Origin: a bacterium
GTDB lineage: Bacteria; UBP7; UBA6624; JBBIMK01
Length of the DNA stretch: 25,221 nucleotides
Assembly (NCBI GenBank): GCA_037444445.1
Contig: JBBIMK010000029.1
Coordinates: 1-25,221, forward strand
Direction of reading: 5' to 3'
The first letter of the stretch is position 1. Every line of letters begins with the position of its first letter. Position numbers and translations under genes: made by a program. Under the pieces are notes generated by a model. That model was not told the DNA's origin, ran no database searches, and worked only from the letters and a program-made list of their open reading frames with translations. Shown one piece after another: positions 15,167-23,306 of the stretch.

Positions 15167-16579
15167 GTGTCTGAAAGGATGAATAGAATGGAAAAAATGA
15201 AGGAGGCGGAGAGCAGGATGCGGCTGGAGAGATTGTGGGAATCCACTCTGCGATATTTGTTGAGGAAGAAGAGCGACCCCATTTTACGCTCTTTTTTGCA
15301 GGAAGCCCGGTTGGAGCAGAGGGAGAATCGCTTCATCCTTCAGGTGCCCACTCAACTCATCCGGGATACTTTGAAAAATCGCTATCCTGGAGTGATTGAA
15401 GAAGCCTTGACGCATGTGTTGAAGGATTCTGGCGGAGATGAAGAGATTGGATGGGAAAAAAAGGAGGTGGTGCTGGAACTGGAGATTCACCGGGGACCCA
15501 CCGGGATGGTTGAACAGCCCGGGCTTTTCCCGAAGTCAAAAGGCGACTCTCGCCTCTACCCCGCCCTGAATCCCAACTTCACCTTTGAAACCTTCGTGGT
15601 GGGGAAGAACAATCATATGACCCACGCCGCTGCATTAGCCGTCTCCCAGAACCCCGGCTGTGTGTATAACCCTCTGTTTATCTACGGTGGTGTGGGGCTG
15701 GGAAAAACCCACCTGTTACATTCCATCGGGCATTACATCCTGGAGAATGCTCCCGCACTCCTGATTCAATACACCCCCTCCGAGGAATTTACCCATGCTT
15801 TCATCACTTCTCTTCAGGAGGGGAAAATGAAGGAATTTCGGCGGACTTTTCGCTCCTGCGATGTTCTCCTGATGGACGATGTCCAGTTCTTAGCCCGGAA
15901 GGTGGAAACTCAGGAGGCGCTGTTTCATATTTTTAATGCCCTGCACGACTCTAACCGTCAGATTGTGCTGACCAGCGACCGCTCACCACGAGAACTGTCC
16001 GACATTGAAGGACGCCTCGTCAGCCGATTCACCTCCGGGCTGATTACCGACATCCAGCCTCCGGATTATGAAACCCGCCTCGCTATCTTGAAGCGGAAGG
16101 CGGATTCCCTTTCTGCTCCCCTCACCGATGAGGTGGCTGAATTCCTATCAGAGCAGGATGTGGCAAACATCCGGGAACTGGAATCCATCCTCCACCGGGT
16201 TGTCTCTTTTTCCACCCTGGAACTGCTCCCTCTCAATCTGGATACCGCCCGGGAAGCCTTGAAGGGATTCTTTGAGAAGAAAGAGAAGCCCTGCACCTTT
16301 GAGAAGATACTCCAATTTGTGGCGGAGGATTTCGGGCTGTCGGAAGGGGATTTGCTGTCAAAGAAGCGGACGCAGGAAATCGTCCTCGCTCGCCAGATTA
16401 TCATCTATATCGCCCGCATCCTTACCCATCTTTCCCTCTCCGACATCGGTAGAAGGCTGGGCGGAAAAGACCATACCACCGTCCTTCACGCATTCTCCAG
16501 AATTTCTGCACTGATGAAAGAAGACCCTGCCCTGGAACGCCGTATCCTCACCCTGATCGACGAAATCAAATCCCAATAG
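15167..16579 (+). CDS. dnaA: chromosomal replication initiator protein DnaA
   Basis: It has Walker A GGVGLGKTHLLH, Walker B LLMDDVQFL, sensor TSDR, and the C-terminal DNA-binding helix GGKDHTTVLHA. The real start is probably an internal ATG (15179-15218). The ATG at 15218 follows the SD GAAGGAGG at 15199-15206. Confidence 0.95.
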   Translation: MSERMNRMEKMKEAESRMRLERLWESTLRYLLRKKSDPILRSFLQEARLEQRENRFILQVPTQLIRDTLKNRYPGVIEEALTHVLKDSGGDEEIGWEKKEVVLELEIHRGPTGMVEQPGLFPKSKGDSRLYPALNPNFTFETFVVGKNNHMTHAAALAVSQNPGCVYNPLFIYGGVGLGKTHLLHSIGHYILENAPALLIQYTPSEEFTHAFITSLQEGKMKEFRRTFRSCDVLLMDDVQFLARKVETQEALFHIFNALHDSNRQIVLTSDRSPRELSDIEGRLVSRFTSGLITDIQPPDYETRLAILKRKADSLSAPLTDEVAEFLSEQDVANIRELESILHRVVSFSTLELLPLNLDTAREALKGFFEKKEKPCTFEKILQFVAEDFGLSEGDLLSKKRTQEIVLARQIIIYIARILTHLSLSDIGRRLGGKDHTTVLHAFSRISALMKEDPALERRILTLIDEIKSQ

Positions 16580-16701
16580 CCTTCCTGCGGAATCAAGCCA
16601 CAGGAAAGTTCGCCTGAAGCCCGGGCAGAAGCAGAGTATCCCACGCCCATCAGGTAGTATCTGCCCCGAAGGGTGTAAAATGGAAGATGGGGGTGCGAGC
16701 A

Positions 16702-17358
16702 ATGAAATGGCATCGGCTGAAGGTAGCCCGGGGTATTCTGCTTTTCTCTCTCATCAGCGCCGGCGTTTCCCCACTACTGCCGGAAGATGTTCAATCTGCC
16801 CTGAATAAAAAAGTGAGCCTCCACTATCAGGAGGAGCCAGTGGGATACATTCTCAATGACATCAGCGCTCAAATTGGGGGAAAAGTTAGCCTCTCTACGG
16901 AGGTTTTTGAGGAAGTCGCTTCGGAAAAAATCACCCTCGTGTATTCGGATAAGGTGCCCGCCCATCAAACCTTCACTGCTCTGACGGCACTCTTCGGGCT
17001 GGAGTGGGAAGCCACTCAAGAAGCCTCCAGTGATAAAAAGAGTCTCATCCCGCTTATCCAGGTGTGGAAGAAGAAGGGAGTCCGTGTATCCTCCGAAGTC
17101 TTAAAGAAGGAATATGTGCTCAAGAGCGAGGGTCCCACGCCACTTCTGGATGTGGTGGTTCGGCTGGCGGACGATGTAGGCATCGGGGTGGCTTTCGCCC
17201 CTGGCGCCTACACCGCCTTCAAAGGCACCTATGTTACCCTCGCTATCCCCTCTACCCCGCTGGAGCAGTTACTCAAACTATTAGAGATTCGTGCGGGCAT
17301 CCGTGTAGCCCTTCTGCCCGTGGGCGACACCTACCTTCTTTATATTGACCGCCCGTAG
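16702..17358 (+). CDS. secreted hypothetical protein
   Basis: It has the signal-like N-terminus MKWHRLKVARGILLFSLISAGV and no motif I recognise. Its composition is like the core genome. Confidence 0.55.
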   Translation: MKWHRLKVARGILLFSLISAGVSPLLPEDVQSALNKKVSLHYQEEPVGYILNDISAQIGGKVSLSTEVFEEVASEKITLVYSDKVPAHQTFTALTALFGLEWEATQEASSDKKSLIPLIQVWKKKGVRVSSEVLKKEYVLKSEGPTPLLDVVVRLADDVGIGVAFAPGAYTAFKGTYVTLAIPSTPLEQLLKLLEIRAGIRVALLPVGDTYLLYIDRP

Positions 17359-17607
17359 CCCCCTGAATTATACGACGAAGGAGGTCAACGAACAGCAAAG
17401 TGGATTTTTTTTTCATTCTGTGGTATCAAGATAAAAGGTTAAGGATTGGATGAGCATAAAAATTACTACCCCCCAACCTCCTCCCACGCAAGGGAGGGAA
17501 ATCCAGAAATGATGATAGAATATAAACTTAGAATGACGGGTGAAGGGGAAGAGAAAGAAATTTTAGGAATGGGGGCCGGGTGAAAAGAAATGGCGAAACG
17601 GTGCCTA

Positions 17608-17679
17608 ACACAGCATAAAAGGTTCGCCCCTTACAGCACTTCCCCCCATTTTTGCTTCGCAAATACTTCTTTTATGCTG
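17608..17679. repeat. Island-flanking repeat R1 (left copy), with 11-bp terminal inverted repeats
   Basis: acacagcataaaaggttcgcCccttacagcacttccccccatttttgcttcgcaaatacttcttttatgcTg matches 25146-25216 with 2 mismatches. CAGCATAAAAG at 17611-17621 is the reverse complement of CTTTTATGCTG at 17669-17679. Confidence 0.8.
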
Positions 17680-17725
17680 GAAAACGTTATATGAAATGGC
17701 GATTGAGAGAAAATGGGGGTGAAAT

Positions 17726-18187
17726 ATGAGGCGAAGAGCCGATATTTATCTTGAAAGTTCCGTTGTAAGTATGTATTATGAAGAGGAGGTTCTTCCTCTG
17801 ATGGAGGTAACACGCGAATTTTGGCATACTGTCCTTCCCAAAATAAATCCATTTATTTCAGATATGGTAATTATCGAAATCAGGGCGACGAGAGACCTTA
17901 ACTTACGAAGTAAACTTCTTGAACTTGTTTCGGGATTTAGAATATTACCTCTGACAAGTGAGGCACGAGAATTGGCAGGGATATATCTAAAACATAGACG
18001 ATTACCCGAGCCAGACGCTATTCATATAGCTATTGCATCATTAGAGGGTATGGACCTGCTGGTAACATGGAACCTGCGACATTTAGTAAAACCTGGCACA
18101 CAGTCTATGGTCCGTCGAGTAAATATGGATTTAGGGTTGCCTATTCCACAGATGGTAACACCTGAAGATTTCTTTGAGGAGGTGTAA
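17726..18187 (+). CDS. PIN-domain (VapC-like) protein
   Basis: The pattern is PIN-like: IYLESSVV (first strand), IIEIRAT, PEPDAIHIAIAS, LLVTWNLRHL. The first and last acidic positions appear as E and N. The SD GGGGGTGA precedes the ATG. Confidence 0.55.
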   Translation: MRRRADIYLESSVVSMYYEEEVLPLMEVTREFWHTVLPKINPFISDMVIIEIRATRDLNLRSKLLELVSGFRILPLTSEARELAGIYLKHRRLPEPDAIHIAIASLEGMDLLVTWNLRHLVKPGTQSMVRRVNMDLGLPIPQMVTPEDFFEEV

Positions 18188-18189
18188 TT

Positions 18190-18390
18190 ATGCCAAAACG
18201 AATACCTACTGAAGAAGAAAAGAGAAAAGCTCTTGAAAGAGCAAAGCGCGAATTTCCTGGTAATAAGGTATTACAAGAACTTCATTACATTCGATATCTC
18301 CTTGAAATTGAGTGGAAAGATATGACAATTGAGGAAATTCAAGAAGAGATTCGTAAGGCAAAGCAAGAGCTGGGATTGACAGAAAAATGA
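18190..18390 (+). CDS. small charged protein, putative cognate partner (antitoxin-like) of the PIN protein
   Basis: It starts 2 nt after the PIN stop, behind the SD GAGGAGGTG. It is about 50% identical by eye to the paralog at 24904-25113 (EEEK..EFP..K.LQE.HY.RY.LE.EW..MT.EEI). Confidence 0.6.
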   Translation: MPKRIPTEEEKRKALERAKREFPGNKVLQELHYIRYLLEIEWKDMTIEEIQEEIRKAKQELGLTEK

Positions 18391-21300
18391 TACCCCCAGA
18401 AGTTCATCTTGCGCGCTTAAAAATTCATAAGGAAACAAAAGGAATGAGCGAGGAAGGAACTATGGCAAATAATAAAGTGGAAAAAATTAACACTGAAGAA
18501 ATAACAAAAGAAATTAAGCAGTGTGCTTCACAATCTGCAAACGAAGAAGAACTCAAAATTAAAGTTGAATATCTTCTACGGACACGTGTTCTTGATAGTT
18601 GGCAGATTCCTTGGGCTTCTTATGAACACAGAACCTTGGTATCCGGTGTGCGTAAAGATGCCCTGTATGGAACAGTAATAATTGAATATAAAGCTCCATG
18701 CAAACTTTCAGATAAAAATCAGTTTGAAAACTTTAAAGCAAAAGTAAAACAGTATATCGCAGAAGAAGCAAGAGACGAACGGTTTTATAATAGGTATTTT
18801 GGTGTCCTTCTTGATGGAGAAAAAATAGCATTTATCAGATTTAGAAAGGGAGAATGGGAAGAACCAGAAAAACCCCTTGATATAAATCGATACACAATTC
18901 TGAGGCTGTTAGAGGCTATAAGGGGTTTAACAAGAAAACCCGTTGATGCTGAGTTCTTATTACAAGACTTTGGTCCGAAGAGTACTATTAGTAAAGCCTG
19001 CATTATCTCTTTATATCAAGCATTAAGAAAATCTAAATCTCCACGCACCAAAATGCTTTTTGAAGACTGGCGCACTGTCTTTTCACAGATATGTGCATAT
19101 TCCACTGAGAAACTGAAAGGGCTTATTAAATACTATGAAATAGAAGAGGAAAGCCCTGATGTTGAAAAAATCTTGTTCTCCGTGCATACCTATTATACTC
19201 TGCTTATGAAACTTTTAACCTCGGAGATAGTTACTCTCTTTGCCGACAGTGTGATAGGCTCGTATCTGAAAAAGGTAGAGGAAGCATACTACCGAGGTTC
19301 TCATGAGATGCGTCAAGAATTAGGAGAGTTAGAAGAGGGAGGTCTATTCTATACCCTCGGCATAAAGAATTTCCTTGAGGCAGATTATTTCGCCTGGTAT
19401 CTGGATGATTGGAATGATGAAATAGCGCATTCAATCTCTGAAATTGTGAAAAAACTAATGGACTATGAACCGGCAACAGTTGAACTGAATCCTGAACGAG
19501 TTAAAGACCTTTTCAAAAGGCTTTACCAGAATCTCGTCCCAAGAGATGTGCGTCACAAATTGGGTGAATACTTTACTCCTGACTGGTTAGCAGATTTGCT
19601 TTTAGATGAGATAGAATATGATGGTGATCCGGAGAAGAGTGTTCTTGACCCTGCCTGTGGTTCAGGGACATTCCTTGTATTGGCAATTAAAAAAATTAAA
19701 GATTACGCAGAGAAACATTTTCTTGATAAAAGAGATATCCTTAAAAAGATAATTGAGAGAATAAAAGGCATTGATTTAAATCCACTTGCAGTTCTTGCTG
19801 CAAAAGCAAATTATCTAATTGCGTTATCTGATATGTTAAGATATAGACCAAAAGAAGGCATTGAGATTCCAGTTTATCTTGCTGATTCAATTTTTGTTGG
19901 AAGAAAAGAAGCAGGTCAGTCTGAACTTGAGGTTCAAAGGAGAATAGTATTTGATAAAAGCGCTCAAAAGGAATGGGAAGCATATATAACTACTAATGAA
20001 GGGCAATTCTGGATGCCTATGGAAGTAATTGATAAAGGAAGGCTTTCGAGTGTCCTTGATTTGATTAATGGATGTATAAGAAATAAGTATTCTGAAAATG
20101 AATTTGAAAAAAGGCTCAAAAATACTTTTCATTTTCGACCTTATGCGTATGGGGCACTTAAAAGACTTTATAAAAAGCTTATTGGTTTAGAGCGATATAA
20201 TAAAAACAAGATATGGACAAGATTGCTAAAAAATAGATTTGCACCTCTTTTTATTGGGAAATTTGACTTTGTAGTCGGAAATCCTCCCTGGATAAACTGG
20301 GAGAATTTACCAGAGTACCATAGGAACCAAACCAAACCTTTGTGGGATTATTACGGATTATTAGAAAAGACAAAGGGTAAGGGTTTAGGAAAAGTAAAAA
20401 GAGACCTGGCAATGCTTTTTGTTGCAAGATGTTTTGATAGATATGTAAAAGAGAATGGGATATTGAGTTTTCTTGTGCCCTGGACATTATTCAAAACACA
20501 GGCAGGCGCCGGATTTAGAAAGCTTCTATCAAAGGGGTTTACACACAGGTGGGGCAAAACTAAAGAAGTTCCAATTGAGACGATCAAAGTTCATGACCTT
20601 GTTCAACTTTATCCATTTGAAGGCGCCGTAAATAGAACAGCGCTGATTGCTATTAAAAAAGGGGAGACCAAGTTTCCAATTCCTTGTCAGATGTGGTCAA
20701 ATCCAAGAAAGGAAAATATTCCGATGGAAGAGGAACTTGAAAATGTAAGGAAGAGAACAAAACAGAATGAGATGATACTTACCCCAATTGTAGAAAAAGA
20801 CACAATGGCTCCATGGATGATAATATCAGAGAAAGCATATAAGGCGGTTAAAAAGGTTATAGGTGAATCGGAATATGAAGCATATGAAGGCGTTAATACC
20901 GCTTTGAATGGTGTTTACTGGCTTGAGATTTTAAGAAAGCACCCAGATGGTCTGCTCGTTAAGAATACGCAACTTGCCGGATATAAGAAAAAGGTAAAGG
21001 AGGTTACAGAGATTTTAGAGCCTGATTTGATTTATCCGCTTATCAGGGGAGAGGATGTAAAGAAGTGGCATGGAGAACCAAGCAGGTATATTTTAGTTCC
21101 TCATAACCCATCAACTGGCAAAGCAATTGATGAATCCGCAATTAAAATTAACTACCCAAAAACATACAAATTTCTTTTCGGCCTCAAAGAAGAACTCGCA
21201 AATCGTTCAATTCATAAATTGTGGGGTAAAAATAGTCCATTCTATGCAGTTTATGATATTGGAAATTATACCTTTGCACCTTACAAAGTTATGTGGAAAA

Positions 21301-22178
21301 GGATAGCGGGCGGTATTACTGGTAAAGCTGTTAGTTTTGCATCATGCGTAATAACAACTGTAAAAGATAAATTCTTTGAAGTAGAAAAACCCGTTATTCC
21401 AAATGATTCCTTAATTTTAATTCCTTTGAACAGCAAAGATGAGGCATTCTATATTTGTAGTGTTTTGAATTCATCACCAGTGCTATTTGCCATCGCATCT
21501 TATACTTATGAATTAAGAATGGAAACCCATATTACCAAGTATATTAATATCCCAAGATTTAAGTCACAAAAACCTTTATGTTCAGAAATTTCGCAATTAT
21601 CCATGCAAGCCCATGAACTTGCAAAAGAAGGTAAAACCGAAGAAATAAAAGAAATTGAGGAACAAATTGACCAGAAGGTTGCAGAACTTTATGGTATAAC
21701 CGATGAGGAACTCGCGGAGATTAAGAAGTGTTTACAGTTATTGAAAGAGGGCGAAGTTGAGACTGAAGAGGAAACGGAAGAAGAAGTTATTCCAGAAGCA
21801 CCAAAGGGGATAGGAATTACAGTCAATCCCCTTCTGATTTATGAGGATATAGCAGAACAAATCACTCTGGAAATTCAAAATAATTTTGACGACACGGTTG
21901 AAGAAATTAGTGTTGAAATTCTATTAACCGGCAATAAAATTGCAAAACAATCTCTTAATAGATTAAAATTTAAGAGTAAGTCCCTATTGAATTTTATCTT
22001 ACCTCCATTAAAGGGCGGTGAATACAAATTGAAAATGAATTTAACTTACAAGTTAAATGAAGAAAAACAAGTAATGCAGGTAGAGAAAAATCTGTTTGTG
22101 CAAAGGGAAAAAGCCAAAGAATCTCCAGGAAGCGGTTGGGATGAATCTTTTGAAAGATTTTTAGAGGAGGAAAAATGA
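18387..22178 (+). CDS. Type IIG/IIL-like fusion: N-terminal PD-ExK nuclease motif, gamma-class N6-adenine DNA methyltransferase, specificity region and a C-terminal extension
   Basis: The nuclease motif is D-x8-E-x-K, KDALYGTVIIEYK (GAT 18657, GAATATAAA 18684-18692). It also has LGEYFTPDWLADLL, motif I VLDPACGSGTFLV (about 19641-19680), motif IV FVVGNPPW (NPPW 20280-20291), and AELYGITDEELAEI near the end of the methyltransferase/specificity part. The start may be 18387 (ATGA overlap with the upstream gene), 18444 or 18462. Confidence 0.88.
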   Translation: MIPPEVHLARLKIHKETKGMSEEGTMANNKVEKINTEEITKEIKQCASQSANEEELKIKVEYLLRTRVLDSWQIPWASYEHRTLVSGVRKDALYGTVIIEYKAPCKLSDKNQFENFKAKVKQYIAEEARDERFYNRYFGVLLDGEKIAFIRFRKGEWEEPEKPLDINRYTILRLLEAIRGLTRKPVDAEFLLQDFGPKSTISKACIISLYQALRKSKSPRTKMLFEDWRTVFSQICAYSTEKLKGLIKYYEIEEESPDVEKILFSVHTYYTLLMKLLTSEIVTLFADSVIGSYLKKVEEAYYRGSHEMRQELGELEEGGLFYTLGIKNFLEADYFAWYLDDWNDEIAHSISEIVKKLMDYEPATVELNPERVKDLFKRLYQNLVPRDVRHKLGEYFTPDWLADLLLDEIEYDGDPEKSVLDPACGSGTFLVLAIKKIKDYAEKHFLDKRDILKKIIERIKGIDLNPLAVLAAKANYLIALSDMLRYRPKEGIEIPVYLADSIFVGRKEAGQSELEVQRRIVFDKSAQKEWEAYITTNEGQFWMPMEVIDKGRLSSVLDLINGCIRNKYSENEFEKRLKNTFHFRPYAYGALKRLYKKLIGLERYNKNKIWTRLLKNRFAPLFIGKFDFVVGNPPWINWENLPEYHRNQTKPLWDYYGLLEKTKGKGLGKVKRDLAMLFVARCFDRYVKENGILSFLVPWTLFKTQAGAGFRKLLSKGFTHRWGKTKEVPIETIKVHDLVQLYPFEGAVNRTALIAIKKGETKFPIPCQMWSNPRKENIPMEEELENVRKRTKQNEMILTPIVEKDTMAPWMIISEKAYKAVKKVIGESEYEAYEGVNTALNGVYWLEILRKHPDGLLVKNTQLAGYKKKVKEVTEILEPDLIYPLIRGEDVKKWHGEPSRYILVPHNPSTGKAIDESAIKINYPKTYKFLFGLKEELANRSIHKLWGKNSPFYAVYDIGNYTFAPYKVMWKRIAGGITGKAVSFASCVITTVKDKFFEVEKPVIPNDSLILIPLNSKDEAFYICSVLNSSPVLFAIASYTYELRMETHITKYINIPRFKSQKPLCSEISQLSMQAHELAKEGKTEEIKEIEEQIDQKVAELYGITDEELAEIKKCLQLLKEGEVETEEETEEEVIPEAPKGIGITVNPLLIYEDIAEQITLEIQNNFDDTVEEISVEILLTGNKIAKQSLNRLKFKSKSLLNFILPPLKGGEYKLKMNLTYKLNEEKQVMQVEKNLFVQREKAKESPGSGWDESFERFLEEEK
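18425..18501 (+). repeat. 77-bp perfect direct repeat R2 (left copy), carrying the SD and first codons of the methyltransferase gene
   Basis: tcataaggaaacaaaaggaatgagcgaggaaggaactatggcaaataataaagtggaaaaaattaacactgaagaaa is identical to 24764-24840. Confidence 0.95.
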
Positions 22179-22975
22179 CACAAGCACTTGCAATACCGTC
22201 ATTCCCTACCCTTATTATATTGCCTAAATATAGGGGGGATGCAGAACCCCTTGTTGTTGAAAGAAAAATAAGCAAGCAAATAGAAAACATAATCAATTCC
22301 TTGATTAAATCACGCAAACCCCTTGCAAAAAATATTCACAATTTGCTGCCACAGATATTTGATATCAGGTTCAAATTTATAAAATGGGCGATTGAAAAAA
22401 ATATTGATTTACAACTTATTTCAGAATCGGTTTTGAGTGAATTAGATAAGGTGGCCAGTCAATTAAAACAACCTGATGAAGTTGTTCTCTTTGAAAATGC
22501 AAAGTTCGCATTGAAAACCTTCGCTAAGGTTCTTAACTCTATTACCGCAGAGATTCCATCGTGGACAGAACAAATAAGAGAAGACCTTGAAAAGGGAATT
22601 ACTATTTCTTATGAGCAATTGAAATTTGCAATAGAGTTAGAGCCACTTCCTGAACCTGCAAAGTCAATTATCATAAGACTCATAGATGTCTCATTGTCCC
22701 TTGAATTTGCTTTAATCCTTTCCGCCTTATATATATTCAAAGAACTCAGACTTTCAAAGGCAAGAATAATTGAACTTTCAAAACTTCTAAGAGACTGGAC
22801 ACAAGAATATGGGGCAATGGCTATGAAATTACAACTTTGGAAATCTAAAATGAAGAAAGTCCCCCAGGAGTCTCTCCAATTAACGGCCGAGGAAATTGAA
22901 GAAGAACAAAAATTGGCAGATGCTGGTATATCTTATTATCTGAACCAGATTATTCAGGAAGAGGAAAATGAATAG
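22175..22975 (+). CDS. hypothetical helical protein with an acidic C-terminal tail
   Basis: It overlaps the stop of the upstream gene (ATGA) and overlaps the downstream MazF-like start by 8 nt. I recognise no motif. The C-terminus is ..AEEIEEEQKLADAGISYYLNQIIQEEENE. Confidence 0.7.
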   Translation: MTQALAIPSFPTLIILPKYRGDAEPLVVERKISKQIENIINSLIKSRKPLAKNIHNLLPQIFDIRFKFIKWAIEKNIDLQLISESVLSELDKVASQLKQPDEVVLFENAKFALKTFAKVLNSITAEIPSWTEQIREDLEKGITISYEQLKFAIELEPLPEPAKSIIIRLIDVSLSLEFALILSALYIFKELRLSKARIIELSKLLRDWTQEYGAMAMKLQLWKSKMKKVPQESLQLTAEEIEEEQKLADAGISYYLNQIIQEEENE

Positions 22976-23306
22976 TTATCAACCTGGCGATATAGTTGTA
23001 GTAGACTTGGGCGAAACCATCGGACATGAACAAGAAGGTAGAAGACCTGTGGTGGTCGTTTCTCAAATATTAATTGGAAATCTAATTGTAATTATTCCAT
23101 TAACAAGAAAAGAGAAGTCCTGGTGGACAGTAGTGCGGATTAAAGAAGGAGAGGGTGGAGTAAAGATGGATTCATTTGCGTTGTGTCACCAAATAAGGTC
23201 TATCTCCTTGAAACGAGTTATTGAAAAATGGAGTCGTATAGAATCGGATACTTTAGCCCGCATAAAAACAGTCCTTGCTAACATCTTTGAATGGAGCCCA
23301 CAATGA
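22968..23306 (+). CDS. mazF: MazF/PemK-family endoribonuclease toxin
   Basis: It contains PGDIVVVDLGETIGHEQEGRRPVVVVSQ, VIIPLT and DSFALCHQIRSISLKRV. These fit the PemK/MazF pattern (GDI..VD..P..G.EQ.G.RP..V.S ... PIT ... Q.R..S..R). Confidence 0.88.
   Translation: MNSYQPGDIVVVDLGETIGHEQEGRRPVVVVSQILIGNLIVIIPLTRKEKSWWTVVRIKEGEGGVKMDSFALCHQIRSISLKRVIEKWSRIESDTLARIKTVLANIFEWSPQ

Noticed and set aside
16582-16612. Hairpin CTTCCTG..CAGGAAG after dnaA as an intrinsic terminator
   Set aside because: It has a 7-bp stem with a 12-nt loop and no downstream T-tract, which is too weak to call.
17608-17679. R1 repeat as the 3' end of a tRNA gene (a classical island att site), because it contains ggttcg
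   Set aside because: No 7-nt T-loop flanked by a 5-bp stem can be drawn (only AAGG/CCTT around a 6-nt loop). There is no acceptor stem or CCA context, and no cloverleaf on either strand.
17631-17852. 73-aa minus-strand ORF spanning R1 and the PIN start. Also the 61-aa minus-strand ORF at 25002-25187.
   Set aside because: Each overlaps a better-supported + strand gene. The two ORFs covering the two R1 copies are in different frames and have different extents, so R1 is not conserved as coding sequence.
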